Positions 9,290 through 20,800 of a stretch of DNA of 64,000 nt are shown here, piece after piece. The position numbers were made by a program, and so were the translations under genes. The stretch covers positions 197,053-261,052 of the forward strand of contig CAZPAW010000001.1 in NCBI GenBank assembly GCA_964584895.1, read 5' to 3'. The notes beneath the pieces are model-generated. The model made no database searches. It was not told where the DNA came from and was given only the letters and a program-made list of their open reading frames with translations. Position 1 is the stretch's first letter; each line of letters begins with the position of its first letter. The DNA comes from an uncultured Candidatus Saccharibacteria bacterium (GTDB taxonomy: Bacteria; Patescibacteriota; Saccharimonadia; Saccharimonadales; JAGQNJ01).

Positions 9290-10330
9290 ATGAAAAAATA
9301 CATACATATTGCCATCCTCTTATTGTTAGTTGGAGTTAGTTTCTTTGTCATAGGGATAAATAATGCAGATAACCCAAACACAGTAACTGATACGACGACA
9401 AATACGCCGGTTCAAAGTGATGATGAAGTCCCGTCAACTCGAAAAAAAGATAAAGACGATACGTCACAATCGGTATCTAGTGATAATCTGTTTTATGATT
9501 TGGCCTCTCAAACCACTGATGTAAACATAGATAAAACTTTAATCACGTCAAGCAATTCTGATAGTGATTCGGATGATGGTGAAACTGAGGAGATTTCACC
9601 GTTGGCTGATGCCGCATTACTTTTGAGAGCATCTAATGTGCCACTGGATTGGACGGCTTCTGACGTGTGGGAAAATGAAGGTACATTAGGTGCGGTAGCC
9701 AATGCAGAAGTTAGAGATAGTATCAATGTCCCTAATAGCCATGTTGTAACACCAGAATACCTTCCCTTATTCGCAAATGGGCCAGGATTCAAAGTCGATA
9801 AACCTGACTATTCACCCCAGTATCATGGATTTGAAATCCCAGATAATGACGCATTAGATATACCTAATGCTGGCGCACTAACATTGATTTTTGACGTTAG
9901 TTTGATTGATCCGGATGATCCAACTAATAAATTAGCTCAAAAATACCCTAATATCGACTTGGGTAGTTCTGAGGAAGGTTGGATATTAGAAAATATAAAC
10001 TTGGGTGAATACGAAGGTTCAATATCACTCGTAAATGCAACAAAAGATGAAAATGGGTTTGTTGGTATTTTTACAGAACGTAGAACCACAACAGATAGAT
10101 TCACAGTAGCGATTAGATGGGATAGAGATACTGACACGCTACGGATGTTTATTAATGGGGTAGAGGATTATGTTCAGGCCAACCCCACGTTAACTACGCT
10201 TGGCGATATTAATACCGAGGCTGATTTAGTGCTGTGCGGTGGCAATGTCTTTCATAACGTGGCAATATTTGACAGAGCATTATCTGATAGTGAAATCGCA
10301 GATATAGACCAAATTTTTCGGCAAAATTAA
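9290..10330 (+). CDS. secreted/membrane-anchored protein with C-terminal LamG-like (Laminin_G_3 / concanavalin A-like) domain
   Basis: N-terminal TM. The C-terminal 'LVLCGGNVFHNVAIFDRALSDSEIADI' is the characteristic end of Laminin_G_3 domains. Confidence 0.6.
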   Translation: MKKYIHIAILLLLVGVSFFVIGINNADNPNTVTDTTTNTPVQSDDEVPSTRKKDKDDTSQSVSSDNLFYDLASQTTDVNIDKTLITSSNSDSDSDDGETEEISPLADAALLLRASNVPLDWTASDVWENEGTLGAVANAEVRDSINVPNSHVVTPEYLPLFANGPGFKVDKPDYSPQYHGFEIPDNDALDIPNAGALTLIFDVSLIDPDDPTNKLAQKYPNIDLGSSEEGWILENINLGEYEGSISLVNATKDENGFVGIFTERRTTTDRFTVAIRWDRDTDTLRMFINGVEDYVQANPTLTTLGDINTEADLVLCGGNVFHNVAIFDRALSDSEIADIDQIFRQN

Positions 10331-10427
10331 TTATCTAAATGACATAGATTAGTCATGCTGTACCTACTATTGTCATAAGCATAATTAGTGTATAATGACT
10401 CCGAATGAGGAAGAAGGAAAGAGAAAA

Positions 10428-11471
10428 ATGAAAAAATATTTATTTGGTTGGTTTAGCTTATTATTGATTGGTTTTAGTATTCTAATGCCAACAATAGCTA
10501 GCGCCGCGTCCGCAGTTGAAACCATTAGTCCAACAGCGTGGCAGCCGGCTAGCGGAGGCTTTCTTACTTTTGCTCAGGCCGGTACGTCACTTCCAAATGT
10601 CACCATAGCTTCTCGAGACACTCCGGGTACTATTATTAATCCAGGACTTGATAGTCCTGAGCCAGCTGGTGGATCGGGCAATGAATTATCAATGATAACT
10701 ATTCCGTCCGTTCTTACCACCTGTTCAAGCGATACGCCGGTTGATGTAACTTTTAGTAGCTACACACGCGAATTACAAAATGCTCAACCTGGAAACGATG
10801 AATACACAATCGTGAGTGGATTAATAGATTTGAGTGGGCCGACAATCGTTATTGATAGTTATAATCAGGATTCACTTGATACTGACGGAATGTACAGCGC
10901 ATCAGGCAGTGGACAGACTATCAGTACCACAGTCGGTAATCTTGACAACATTGTATCTTTTGTAAACTTTGAGGCTGCTACATTCTCAGGTGGAAGCCAC
11001 TATCAGGGTACTGCAGTATTAGGTTTACCAACGATTACACTTAGCTACGATAACGCTACTTGCCCATTGCCACCAACTGTTACCAGTGCTAGTGTCGCAA
11101 GGACAATAGTATCCCAGGATACTGCTTCTGGGGATGTTGTTGTTTCAGGTTCTAGCTATGGTGCTTCTGACGCCAACGAGGATACACTAACCTATAGCAT
11201 AAGTGATGGCAATGACGAAGGTTATTTCGCAATCAATTCTGATAGTGGAGATATTTCTACCACTAGAGCAAATATCCCTGTAGGAACGTACACAATGACT
11301 GTTTTGATCGATGATGGTAATGGTGGTACAGTTGAAGTGACGGTTACGATTACCGTCACAGAATCTGGCGAAGCGTTGGCCGATACTGGAGATAATACAT
11401 ATGTTTACTTGGCGATGGTTGGTGGGCTGTTGCTGGGATCCGTGGCCGTCGCTAAGAAATACTATTCTTAA
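10428..11471 (+). CDS. cadherin-like domain surface protein with LADTG sortase sorting signal
   Basis: Signal peptide. 'TYSISDGNDEGYFAINSDSGDISTTRANIPVGTYTMTVLIDDGNGG' is a cadherin-like repeat. C-terminal 'LADTGDNTYVYLAMVGGLLLGSVAVAKKYYS'. Start chosen at the Met after a GGAAGAAGGAAAGAG RBS. Confidence 0.7.
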   Translation: MKKYLFGWFSLLLIGFSILMPTIASAASAVETISPTAWQPASGGFLTFAQAGTSLPNVTIASRDTPGTIINPGLDSPEPAGGSGNELSMITIPSVLTTCSSDTPVDVTFSSYTRELQNAQPGNDEYTIVSGLIDLSGPTIVIDSYNQDSLDTDGMYSASGSGQTISTTVGNLDNIVSFVNFEAATFSGGSHYQGTAVLGLPTITLSYDNATCPLPPTVTSASVARTIVSQDTASGDVVVSGSSYGASDANEDTLTYSISDGNDEGYFAINSDSGDISTTRANIPVGTYTMTVLIDDGNGGTVEVTVTITVTESGEALADTGDNTYVYLAMVGGLLLGSVAVAKKYYS

Positions 11472-11594
11472 TAACGAACGTAAATAAAGTCATTTTCAAG
11501 AACTTGCGGAAATAAAATATTGTAAAATTTGTGTTTAAACATAAGTTAGTTATTTTTTTGGTAAACTGATAGAGGTTAATTTGTGTGAAAGTTA

Positions 11595-14537
11595 ATGTCG
11601 ATCAGAAGGAAGTGGTTTGAGTTGGGGCATTTTTTTAAGAAACTTATCTTTATCAATATTGTAGGGCTATTAGCTCTGCCATTACTGATATCAATCTTTT
11701 TGTCACAGCCTGTTCGAGCCGATATTTCATCCGGACTCACTGCCTACTATTCGTTCGACGATATTAGTGGTTCAACAGCTCCGGATAGTTCTGGCAACGG
11801 ATATGATGGAACTATAACTGGTGGTGCAGTAACAGTTAGTGGTGCTGTGGGTGATGCACTGAGTTTTGATGGAGCTGACGATACAGTAGATATTCCGCAT
11901 CAACTTCTTGCAAGCCAGACGCCAGATTTTAGCTACAGTTTTTATTTCAAAGCTGACGTTGGCGGTGACGACAGCCAATATTTGTTAGCCCAATCTAGTA
12001 GCGGAACAAATAATAACGACTGTTTTAGTGTGGCCTACGATAACGTGGCTGGGTCGCTTAAAGTATTAACAACAAATGCAGCGCAGAACGCTAGAATCAC
12101 GAGCGATATTGACGCAACCGGCTGGACCCATATTGCGGTAACGCATTCGTATTCTACGAACGAGTCTAAATTGTACATAAATGGCGTTGCACAGACTGGC
12201 TATGCTATGTCTTGTTCGCAGGCGTTAGCATCACAGTTTTTATTGGGACGTTCGCCATGGGCTGGCTACAACCAACAACTTCAGGGCTCTTTAGACGAGG
12301 TCAGGATATATAGCCGGATTTTAAGCGATGCTGATATCTACGATTTAGCCACAGCCGGTGATACTAATAGTGTATCAATAACTACACCTACTGAGGGGAC
12401 AGTTGTCCGTGGCTCTACTACACTAGAATCCAGCGTGTCTGGTTCGCCTGCTATTAGCTCGATACAATATTATGCAAACGGAGAGGCAATTGGCGCCCCA
12501 ATTGCAGACGCACCTTATTCTTACAACTGGGACACAACAGCAATTGATCAGGGCGATTATTCTATTACGGCGGTCGGTACAGATAGCAATGGTGATGCAG
12601 TACCGTCTTTAGCGTTAAATGTAGTAGTAGATAATGACCCAGTGATAAACATGAATAATACCAAAAGTATTCAGCAAACTACGGCTGAAATTGTATGGGT
12701 AACGGATGAACAAACCAACGGCCAGATTGAATATGGTTTAACAAGTTCTTATGGCTCACAGAGTGATCTGGTAAGTGACCTAAGTTATTACCACAACCAT
12801 CAATTAACAAATTTATTACCTAATACTACCTATCATTATCAGATTATCTCTCAGGACAATTTTGGTAATGAGGTTACGTCTGGTGATCTGACTTTTTCAA
12901 CCATAACGGATGTAGCCGGTAATCAATGGCATGTCACAACTGATGGGACGTCTGGAGGTGATGGTTCCATTGAAAACCCGTGGGATTTGGCTACTGCCTT
13001 GGCTCAGCCTCTCAGCGTTCAACCGGGCGATACAATTTGGGTTCATGCTGGTACGTATGCCGGTGTTTTTACTAGTACATTAACCGGGACAGCGAGTTCA
13101 CCTATTGTTCTGAGAAACTATAATAACGAGCGAGTAATTATAGATGGAGAGAGCTCTAATAGTAGCGTCATCACGGTATACGGTGCTTATACCTGGTATT
13201 GGGGACTAGAGGTAATCAACTCTGATATGACTCGAACAATAGAGCAGGCGGGTTCTAATCCGATCACGTTACCTCGTGGTCTTGGTTACTACGTTTTAGG
13301 CCCAGGCACTAGATTCATAAATAATGTTGTTCATGATACCGCGGAAGGTTTTGGGTTTTGGACGCCGGCCACAAACTCAGAATTATATGGAAATATCGTG
13401 TACTACAACGGCTGGGAAGGCCCAGATAGGGGGCATGGCCATGGGCTTTATGTACAAAATAATACTGGGCTTAAAAATCTAACAAATAATATTGTATTTA
13501 AAAATTTCGGCTACGGACTGCACGCTTATACAGAGGGCGGGACGCTACACAATATTCTAACTGATAGCAATGTATTTTTTAGTAATGGCGCGCTATCCAA
13601 CACTGGTTACACACAAAATATGCTTCATGGTGGGTATACGGTAGCTAATAATCCGATGATTTTTAACAATAGGGTCTACTCACCTATCGCGTTGGGTGGT
13701 GGTCTAGGTATCGGCTATGCTGCCGGTTGCAACACGCCGACAATAGAAGGTAATTATATTGTCTCGCATTCAGCATTTGATCTTAGTTCAGACTGTAGCC
13801 ATAACATGGTTTCTGGCAATACTTTTTATGGTTCGTATCCTGGCTCGGCCCCAACAAACTACCCAGATAACGAGTATTTTAATGTTACAGTCCCCACAGT
13901 TAATAATGTATATGTGGCACAGAATTATTATGAACCCACAAAATCTTACGTAACAATATATAACTGGGAGGATTTGTCGAGTGTTGATGTGGATGCATCA
14001 AGTGTATTAGAAGCAAATGATACTTATGCGGTTTATGACACACAGGATTATTTTGGTGAATCAATAACTACTGGTACTTTTTCTGGTACGACACTAGCTG
14101 TGCCAATGACAACTACCGGGCTAACAGATACGGTGGGTGTAGTGCCTGTTGCCCCGACACATACTAGTGAAGAATTCGGTTCGTTTATTTTAGTTAAGAC
14201 TGGGCATACCGATCCAGTGCCAGATGAAGAGATTGAAACACCTGTCGATAATAATTCGTCAAATGATTCAGTATCTTCTGAGGCTGATGAATCTGTACAA
14301 ACATCGTTAGCTAGCATTTTATTTACTAGCTCTAATTTGGGTTCGCAAAAACCTGAAAAAAGCGAAGACGTATCCAACCAAGACGGATCTCCTTTACTAG
14401 AAAATGACCAAGACAAGAACAATTCAAATACTAGCTCAGAAAAAAACAAAGGATTTGGTGATTTACAAAAAGTTTTGGGCTTTGCTTTTGTGTTGGTAAT
14501 AATCACAGGTTTATTATGGAGAGTATTTATACATTAA
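11595..14537 (+). CDS. 980-aa surface protein: LamG-like, Ig-like, Fn3/purple-acid-phosphatase-N-like and right-handed beta-helix domains, then a C-terminal TM anchor
   Basis: 'LDEVRIYSRILSDADIYDL' (Laminin_G_3). 'TAEIVWVTDEQTNGQIEYGLTSSYG...TTYHYQI' (Fn3-like). Repeated 'N.I..N.G.G' beta-helix turns. Acidic Ser-rich linker and hydrophobic C-terminus. Confidence 0.7.
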   Translation: MSIRRKWFELGHFFKKLIFINIVGLLALPLLISIFLSQPVRADISSGLTAYYSFDDISGSTAPDSSGNGYDGTITGGAVTVSGAVGDALSFDGADDTVDIPHQLLASQTPDFSYSFYFKADVGGDDSQYLLAQSSSGTNNNDCFSVAYDNVAGSLKVLTTNAAQNARITSDIDATGWTHIAVTHSYSTNESKLYINGVAQTGYAMSCSQALASQFLLGRSPWAGYNQQLQGSLDEVRIYSRILSDADIYDLATAGDTNSVSITTPTEGTVVRGSTTLESSVSGSPAISSIQYYANGEAIGAPIADAPYSYNWDTTAIDQGDYSITAVGTDSNGDAVPSLALNVVVDNDPVINMNNTKSIQQTTAEIVWVTDEQTNGQIEYGLTSSYGSQSDLVSDLSYYHNHQLTNLLPNTTYHYQIISQDNFGNEVTSGDLTFSTITDVAGNQWHVTTDGTSGGDGSIENPWDLATALAQPLSVQPGDTIWVHAGTYAGVFTSTLTGTASSPIVLRNYNNERVIIDGESSNSSVITVYGAYTWYWGLEVINSDMTRTIEQAGSNPITLPRGLGYYVLGPGTRFINNVVHDTAEGFGFWTPATNSELYGNIVYYNGWEGPDRGHGHGLYVQNNTGLKNLTNNIVFKNFGYGLHAYTEGGTLHNILTDSNVFFSNGALSNTGYTQNMLHGGYTVANNPMIFNNRVYSPIALGGGLGIGYAAGCNTPTIEGNYIVSHSAFDLSSDCSHNMVSGNTFYGSYPGSAPTNYPDNEYFNVTVPTVNNVYVAQNYYEPTKSYVTIYNWEDLSSVDVDASSVLEANDTYAVYDTQDYFGESITTGTFSGTTLAVPMTTTGLTDTVGVVPVAPTHTSEEFGSFILVKTGHTDPVPDEEIETPVDNNSSNDSVSSEADESVQTSLASILFTSSNLGSQKPEKSEDVSNQDGSPLLENDQDKNNSNTSSEKNKGFGDLQKVLGFAFVLVIITGLLWRVFIH

Positions 14538-14608
14538 TAATCAAAAAAATATGCAAATTTTACTTCTTGAGAATAAGTACTTATGGTAATATTAACCTAA
14601 GGAAAACT

Positions 14609-17203
14609 ATGGTAGAGTCAGATAATTTTTCAGCAGATTGGTCGCAGTTACTTGATGATATGCCCCACGAACCAGGGGCAGTAGTATCTCCGCATACTCA
14701 ACCCATAACGGCCGGTGCAACTAACTCTGGCGAAATACCAATAAGCTCTAATTTTGCAACAACCAGCAAATCAAGTAGCAATAATAGCGGTACTTCATCT
14801 AGTAGCTTTGGCTCGTCAAAAAATGGCAATAATAAAGGACGCTTCCCTTGGTGGATGTTGTTGCTGTTGTTGCTGTTATTGGGTGGTTCTGCTAGCGCCG
14901 CTGCTGGCTTTAATCCAATATATAGAGCTTTGAAAGTAGTAGGTATAGAAGGCAGAGACGGCAAGGATGGAAACGACGGTCAAGATGGAATAGATGGCCA
15001 GAACGGCAAAATAGTTAAACAAACGAACATAGTAGCGTCGGGCGTTTCAGGATCAGGTTCTGGTGCTGATGGCGCAGACGGTTCAAATGGCGCAGACGGT
15101 GCTGATGGTGCAGATGGCGCCAAAGGCGACACCGGTACGCCTGGTTCTAACGATTGTATCTCTGGTATATGTGTCTCCCGCCAATCTACTACACCCGGCA
15201 CTCAGGAGACTGGCAATATTAACATTGATGGCGCAGTGCTAGCAGCCCAAGTTGGCATCAACGACACGACACCGAGTAACACCCTTACTGTTGACGGCAC
15301 TGTGGATGTTTCTGGTCACTCGGCATTCGGCGGTGCAGCGGTAGACGGATATGTATCTGGTTCTGATGGACTATCGGGCACCTCATCGAGCCTCACAACA
15401 ATGACAGTTAGTGAAGAAATCACATCAATAACTGGGTCAGGCGTCAATCGTCAAGCCCTTGCTGCGGTACTTAAACTCAACCCTGGAGCTGCGCCAGTCT
15501 ATAATCAGATTAACGGTGTCGGCGGTGGTGTCGAAATAGCTTCAGGGAATACGCAGAATTTTACAGGTAATTTAGCTGGTTATGGTGGCGGATTCATACA
15601 CTCTGGGACTGGTACAGTCAATTCTGGCACGTCATTTAACGCCGGCATGCTAAACCTATCTACGGGCACTGTAAGTACTGCAAATGCATTTAATTCAAAT
15701 ATCATTAACCTGAACGCGGGAGGTACTGTAACAAATGCTCACGGACTTCAGACCAATGTTATTAACTTAGGCACAATAACCAATAATTACGGTATAAAAA
15801 TTAATACTCCAACAAACGGTGGTACAGTTACCAATAATTATGGACTGTATGTCGCTGATCAGTCTTCGGTGGGCTCGACAATTTCATTGAATCTGGTTTC
15901 TGCAGGCCTTACCTCTAATAACTGGTTTCAAGGAAGTGTTGGTATAGGGAATATAACTGGACCACTAGATGGACACGTCCACATTGTCAACGATGGAAGT
16001 GGAAATAGCTTTAAAGTCAGCGATACAGCCTATGGAGACACCTCGCCGTTTGTGATTGATTCAGATGGAGATGTAGGCATAGGCACTGCTACCCCTGGAT
16101 ACAAGCTCGATGTCAATGGTGGTGCACGCATGAGCAGTATCAATAATATTACTGGAGATGATTTTTACATTAATAGTGGAGGAAATCAGGTACACATTGC
16201 TGGAAATGGCGGCACAGCATTTAGAGTATACAGTGGTGGCTCAGCGCTTCCGGCTGCATCTGCTTTTGCGGTTGATGCTGCTCAGACAGGGTTGCTGGTA
16301 AAAGGCGCTGCATCACAATCGGCAAATCTTCAGGAGTGGCAGAATTCTATAGGAACTGTACTTAGTTCCATCGATGAGAACGGCTACCTTGGAATCGGAA
16401 CGTCTGATCCTCAGTACGAATTACATATTTCTCAAAACGCTACATGGGCAACGTCGCTTGGGATAACCCAAACGACTTCTGGCAAAACCCTTAACCTATC
16501 TACTACTGGCGGTGCTACAAACAGTTGGAACTTAGAGAACGCAAGTGGCCTACTATACTTCTACAACACTTCACTTTCAGAGACCTCACTTGAGCTTCAA
16601 GATAATGGTAATGTTGGTATAGGCACAAACTTTGGTAGTGCTGGCGCAAAATTGCATGTAAAAGAAGACACCGACACAAATGTGCTGCGATTACAAGACA
16701 GTGATGGTACTTGCGACCTTAATCCAGAATCGGGCTCACTAACAACGACGTGTTCATCCGACGAACGCCTAAAGTCTAACATTCGTGAGGCGGCCAGTGT
16801 GTTGGGTGAAATTAACGGCCTAAAGATTCGTGACTACACTGTTGCTGCCGGTGGACAAGAAACTACCGGCTTGATCGCCCAAGAAGTTTTAGAGACTAAC
16901 CCAGAAATGGTACACATGGGCGAAGATGGCTACTACAAAGTAGACAGCTACAACCCCTGGAAGGTACTAAAGGGGGTCCAAGAACTCAGTGCAAACATCG
17001 ATAATTTACAATCAACGTTTACAACTGCACTAGAGCAAACTAACGGAAACCTTGAAAAAACAAACCAAACGCTTGCTAACTTAGGTTTACGTGTTGACGA
17101 CTTGTCTGCTACTCTTCAAAACTATGCCGATCAATTGTCTGACCACAATCAGAGAATCCAAAGCCTAGAAGCAAAGGTTCAAGAACTAGAACAGGCTAAC
17201 TAG
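14609..17203 (+). CDS. membrane-anchored collagen-repeat, tail-fibre-like protein with C-terminal S74 (endosialidase-chaperone) intramolecular-chaperone domain and coiled coil
   Basis: TM 'WWMLLLLLLLLGGSASAAAG'. G-X-Y tracts 'GIEGRDGKDGNDGQDGIDGQNGK' and 'GADGADGSNGADGADGADGAKGDTGTPG'. Three 'VGIGT..P..KL.V' tail-fibre motifs. 'SDERLKSNIREA...GLKIRDYT' S74 motif, then heptad repeats. Start at the Met after an AAGGAAA RBS; the ORF is open from 14516. Confidence 0.7.
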   Translation: MVESDNFSADWSQLLDDMPHEPGAVVSPHTQPITAGATNSGEIPISSNFATTSKSSSNNSGTSSSSFGSSKNGNNKGRFPWWMLLLLLLLLGGSASAAAGFNPIYRALKVVGIEGRDGKDGNDGQDGIDGQNGKIVKQTNIVASGVSGSGSGADGADGSNGADGADGADGAKGDTGTPGSNDCISGICVSRQSTTPGTQETGNINIDGAVLAAQVGINDTTPSNTLTVDGTVDVSGHSAFGGAAVDGYVSGSDGLSGTSSSLTTMTVSEEITSITGSGVNRQALAAVLKLNPGAAPVYNQINGVGGGVEIASGNTQNFTGNLAGYGGGFIHSGTGTVNSGTSFNAGMLNLSTGTVSTANAFNSNIINLNAGGTVTNAHGLQTNVINLGTITNNYGIKINTPTNGGTVTNNYGLYVADQSSVGSTISLNLVSAGLTSNNWFQGSVGIGNITGPLDGHVHIVNDGSGNSFKVSDTAYGDTSPFVIDSDGDVGIGTATPGYKLDVNGGARMSSINNITGDDFYINSGGNQVHIAGNGGTAFRVYSGGSALPAASAFAVDAAQTGLLVKGAASQSANLQEWQNSIGTVLSSIDENGYLGIGTSDPQYELHISQNATWATSLGITQTTSGKTLNLSTTGGATNSWNLENASGLLYFYNTSLSETSLELQDNGNVGIGTNFGSAGAKLHVKEDTDTNVLRLQDSDGTCDLNPESGSLTTTCSSDERLKSNIREAASVLGEINGLKIRDYTVAAGGQETTGLIAQEVLETNPEMVHMGEDGYYKVDSYNPWKVLKGVQELSANIDNLQSTFTTALEQTNGNLEKTNQTLANLGLRVDDLSATLQNYADQLSDHNQRIQSLEAKVQELEQAN

Positions 17204-17262
17204 CGTATACTTCACAGCCCCTATTATTATTGCTAGAATATAGATAAGAGAGGACAAAAATA

Positions 17263-17775
17263 ATGGATGATTTTAAACGTGTTGATGTAACTACAAAACC
17301 TAAGGTTCCGAGTCCCACAACCGAGAAGAAAGTAAAAAAGCCTGGGAAAAAGCGTCGTCTGCCGAAAGCAAGCACGATTATCATTACGGTACTATTATTT
17401 GCCCTAGCTGGTGGCGGATATTATTTTTACAGTAAATATAGCGAAACAAAACAAGAGGTAGAAAAACTGTCTACTGTTCAAGGCCAACAGGAACTTAACA
17501 AATCCCAGACGGAGCAACTGCTAAGTGAAATGCGTAGTATCATAGTCCTACCTGCTGGGGAGGACCCCGTTGTGGCTACAATTACTGACATAAATCAGCT
17601 CAAGAAAAACGAATTCTACAAGGACGCACAAGATGGAGACCGGGTCATCGTCTTTGCTACCGCCAAAAAGGCATATATTTACAGGCCTAGCACAAGAACC
17701 ATAGTAAATGTAGGCGCTTTTCAGCTAGATCAACAAAGCCAAAAACAACCCAGCCAAGACAATACCACTAATTAG
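17263..17775 (+). CDS. small membrane-anchored hypothetical protein (basic N-terminus, one TM, extracellular tail)
   Basis: 170-aa ORF with AGGAC-type RBS. 'KKVKKPGKKRRLPK' followed by a TM. Sits between two giant surface-protein genes. Confidence 0.5.
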   Translation: MDDFKRVDVTTKPKVPSPTTEKKVKKPGKKRRLPKASTIIITVLLFALAGGGYYFYSKYSETKQEVEKLSTVQGQQELNKSQTEQLLSEMRSIIVLPAGEDPVVATITDINQLKKNEFYKDAQDGDRVIVFATAKKAYIYRPSTRTIVNVGAFQLDQQSQKQPSQDNTTN

Positions 17776-17834
17776 AAAGCCTTTTCTGGCTACTTTCAAG
17801 TTTTGACGTAAGCGTTTCTATAGTATAATTAAAC

Positions 17835-20800
17835 ATGAATCAGAGGGTTATGATAAAGACATTGTCAAAACATAAAAAATATTTGTTTTTCGGCATAATA
17901 ATGTTGGTTGTTTTTGCCGTGCCAATTACAAGGGTAAATGCTGCTGCAACCATTACTGTAAATTCTACAGCCGATGACCAAAATAATGATGGAGAATGTA
18001 CCCTAAGGGAAGCCATAGTTGCATCAAATACAGACACAGCTTCAGGTGCTGCAGTCGGTGAATGTACTGCTGGTTCTGGCGCCGACACAATAGAATTTGA
18101 TATCTCAGGGACTGGCTTGAAGACGATCCATATATCCTCCGGGATGCCGACTATCACTCGAACTGTTACGATTGATGGCTATACTCAGACTGACGCTGTT
18201 GTTAATAATGCTGACTTCCCTGATGCGATGAATGGTACTTTAACTGTCGAGATTGATGCCGCCGGAGAATCTGGCATATATGGCTTTGATATTAATGGCA
18301 GCCAGGCTGATGGGACTGTGATAAAAGGACTGATCGTTAATGATATCCCGTACGAAACATTCTATTTGACTGACGTTGATAACGTATCTTTGGAGGGCAA
18401 CTATATCGGTACGAGTTCAACCGGTACTGTGGCTGATGGTGGTAGCTCACACGGTGTTCGAATTGGCGGCAGTTCTACCGGCAATATGATTGGTGGTGCC
18501 ACGGCCGCAAAACGAAATGTCATATCAGGCAACGGGAACACAGGTGTATTATTTTATGGATCTGCGCTAACAACGGGTAATTTTGTGCAAGGTAATTTCA
18601 TAGGCGTTGGGGCAGATGGAACAACAAGAATCGGTAATTCTCAGCAAGGCGTAGCCTCGTCAGAGGGTCCAACCGGTAACATCATCGGTGGTGATGGAGT
18701 TGGTGAGGGGAACGTAATTTCTGGTAACGGTGGGATAGGTGTTTACTTGTCGGGTACGGGTGGTGCTAATACAGTGCAAGGTAATCATATTGGGACAAAC
18801 GCCGCAGGTTCGGCCGGTGTCTATAATGGTCAGGGCGGAATTGTTGTGTCAAACGCAGATAGTAATACCATTGGTGGTTCAATAGTTGGTGCGCGTAATG
18901 TTATATCTGGAAATTCCGCCCACGGCATTTCGATTATCGATGATTCTGATAATAACGATATATCTGGGAACTATGTTGGTGTTGGCAGTGATGGATCTAC
19001 CGCAATGCCTAACGGAGTTCACGGATTACTCATTGAAGGCGGTTCTGGAAGCAACACGATTGGCGGGACTTCATCTGGTGAACGTAATATTATATCTGGC
19101 AATAGTGAAGCTGGGGTCTTTATATCGGGTCCGACTGTAAATTCAAATATTGTACAGGGTAATTATATCGGTACAGACGATACTGGTGCTGTAGACGTTG
19201 GTAATGGATCATACGGGCTAGTATTGGACAATTCGCCATCTAATACTGTTGGCGGTACAACAGGAGTAACTGTTGGTGGTGATTGTACGGGTTCTTGTAA
19301 CGTAATATCTGGGAATGGCGATGATGCTATATGGCTATATGGCGATAGCGCAGATAATAATGTAATAAAAGGCAATCACATTGGCACAAACGTAGCTGGA
19401 ACGGGAGACTTAGGTAATGGCGGTAGAGGTGTCAATATCACATTTAGTGCTGATGGAACCTTAGTCGGAGGCACAACCGCAAGCGACGCTAATCTAATCC
19501 GATTTAACGATGTCAGGGGTGTTTCGATACCGAATTCTGGCTCGATCAATAATGCGATTATCGGTAACTCTCTATATCAAAATGCTATATCAAATATTGA
19601 TCTTTCTGAGGATGGTGTGACAGCAAATGATGCTAATGATGCTGACAACGGACCAAATGACCTACTTAACTACCCAGAGTGGGGGCTATTTGATGACGAT
19701 AGTGGCGACACCGAAGTAACATATGATCTAGATGTTCCGGCTGGCGATTACCGGATAGAAACATTTAGTGATAATGGAAAAACTTTAGTTGATTCACAAA
19801 ATATTACGCACACTGGCTCAGGAGCAGAAAGTTTTTCCAACACTATTACGGGCAATAATTATTCAAACCTTCGAATGACTGCAACAGAGATTGATGGTGG
19901 ATTGTCCAGTGGTTTTGGATCAACTAGCGAATATAGCGAAGCATACTCTGATGGTACAGAAATAATTACCGTAAACTCTACAGCTGACGATAGTAATGAT
20001 GATGGCGAATGTACCTTGCGCGAAGCCATAACTGCAGCTAATGATAATACTGAATCTGGGATAAGTGACGGCGAGTGTATTGCTGGTGCTGCGACTGATA
20101 CCATAGAATTTGATATTGCAGGTGCTGGACCGCACACGATTCAGCCAGGCGCAGCCTTGCCATCGATAACAGCAGACGGTACGACCATTAATGGCTATAG
20201 TGAAACAGGAGCAGTAGAGAACTCTGGTGACTATAGTGCATGTTTTGTAGGTACGATCATGATAGAAATCGATGGTCAAAATGCCGGTAGCGTATCTGGG
20301 CTGACAATTTCTGCTGAGAATGTGACAATCAGAGGTCTGGCAATCAACAGATTTACATATAGTGGAGTTTATATAGGGTCAGCGAGTGGTACGGTAGTTG
20401 CAGGGAATATTCTTGGACTTGATGACGCAGGGTTGGTTGACCACGGTAATGGCGATGCTGGTGTTGACATAAGAAGTACTGGGGATACTTTGATTGGTGG
20501 TACGACTGCTGCAGATCGGAACCTAATCTCCGGTAATGAAGGGTTTGGCGGGATAAGTTCTTATGCAGATACAGGCACGATAACAATTAGTGGGAATTGT
20601 ATCGGCACTGACGCAACTGGTGATACTGCAATCCCGAATAACCATAGCGGGATTAATTTATATCAAGCCGAGGCGAATATGGTTATCGGCGGCGACACCA
20701 CTCACGAGCGCAATATTATATCTGGTAACGACGAAAACGGTATCAGCATTTCAGAGAGTAATGTGGGTGATATAAAAGGCAACTATATCGGAGTGGATGC

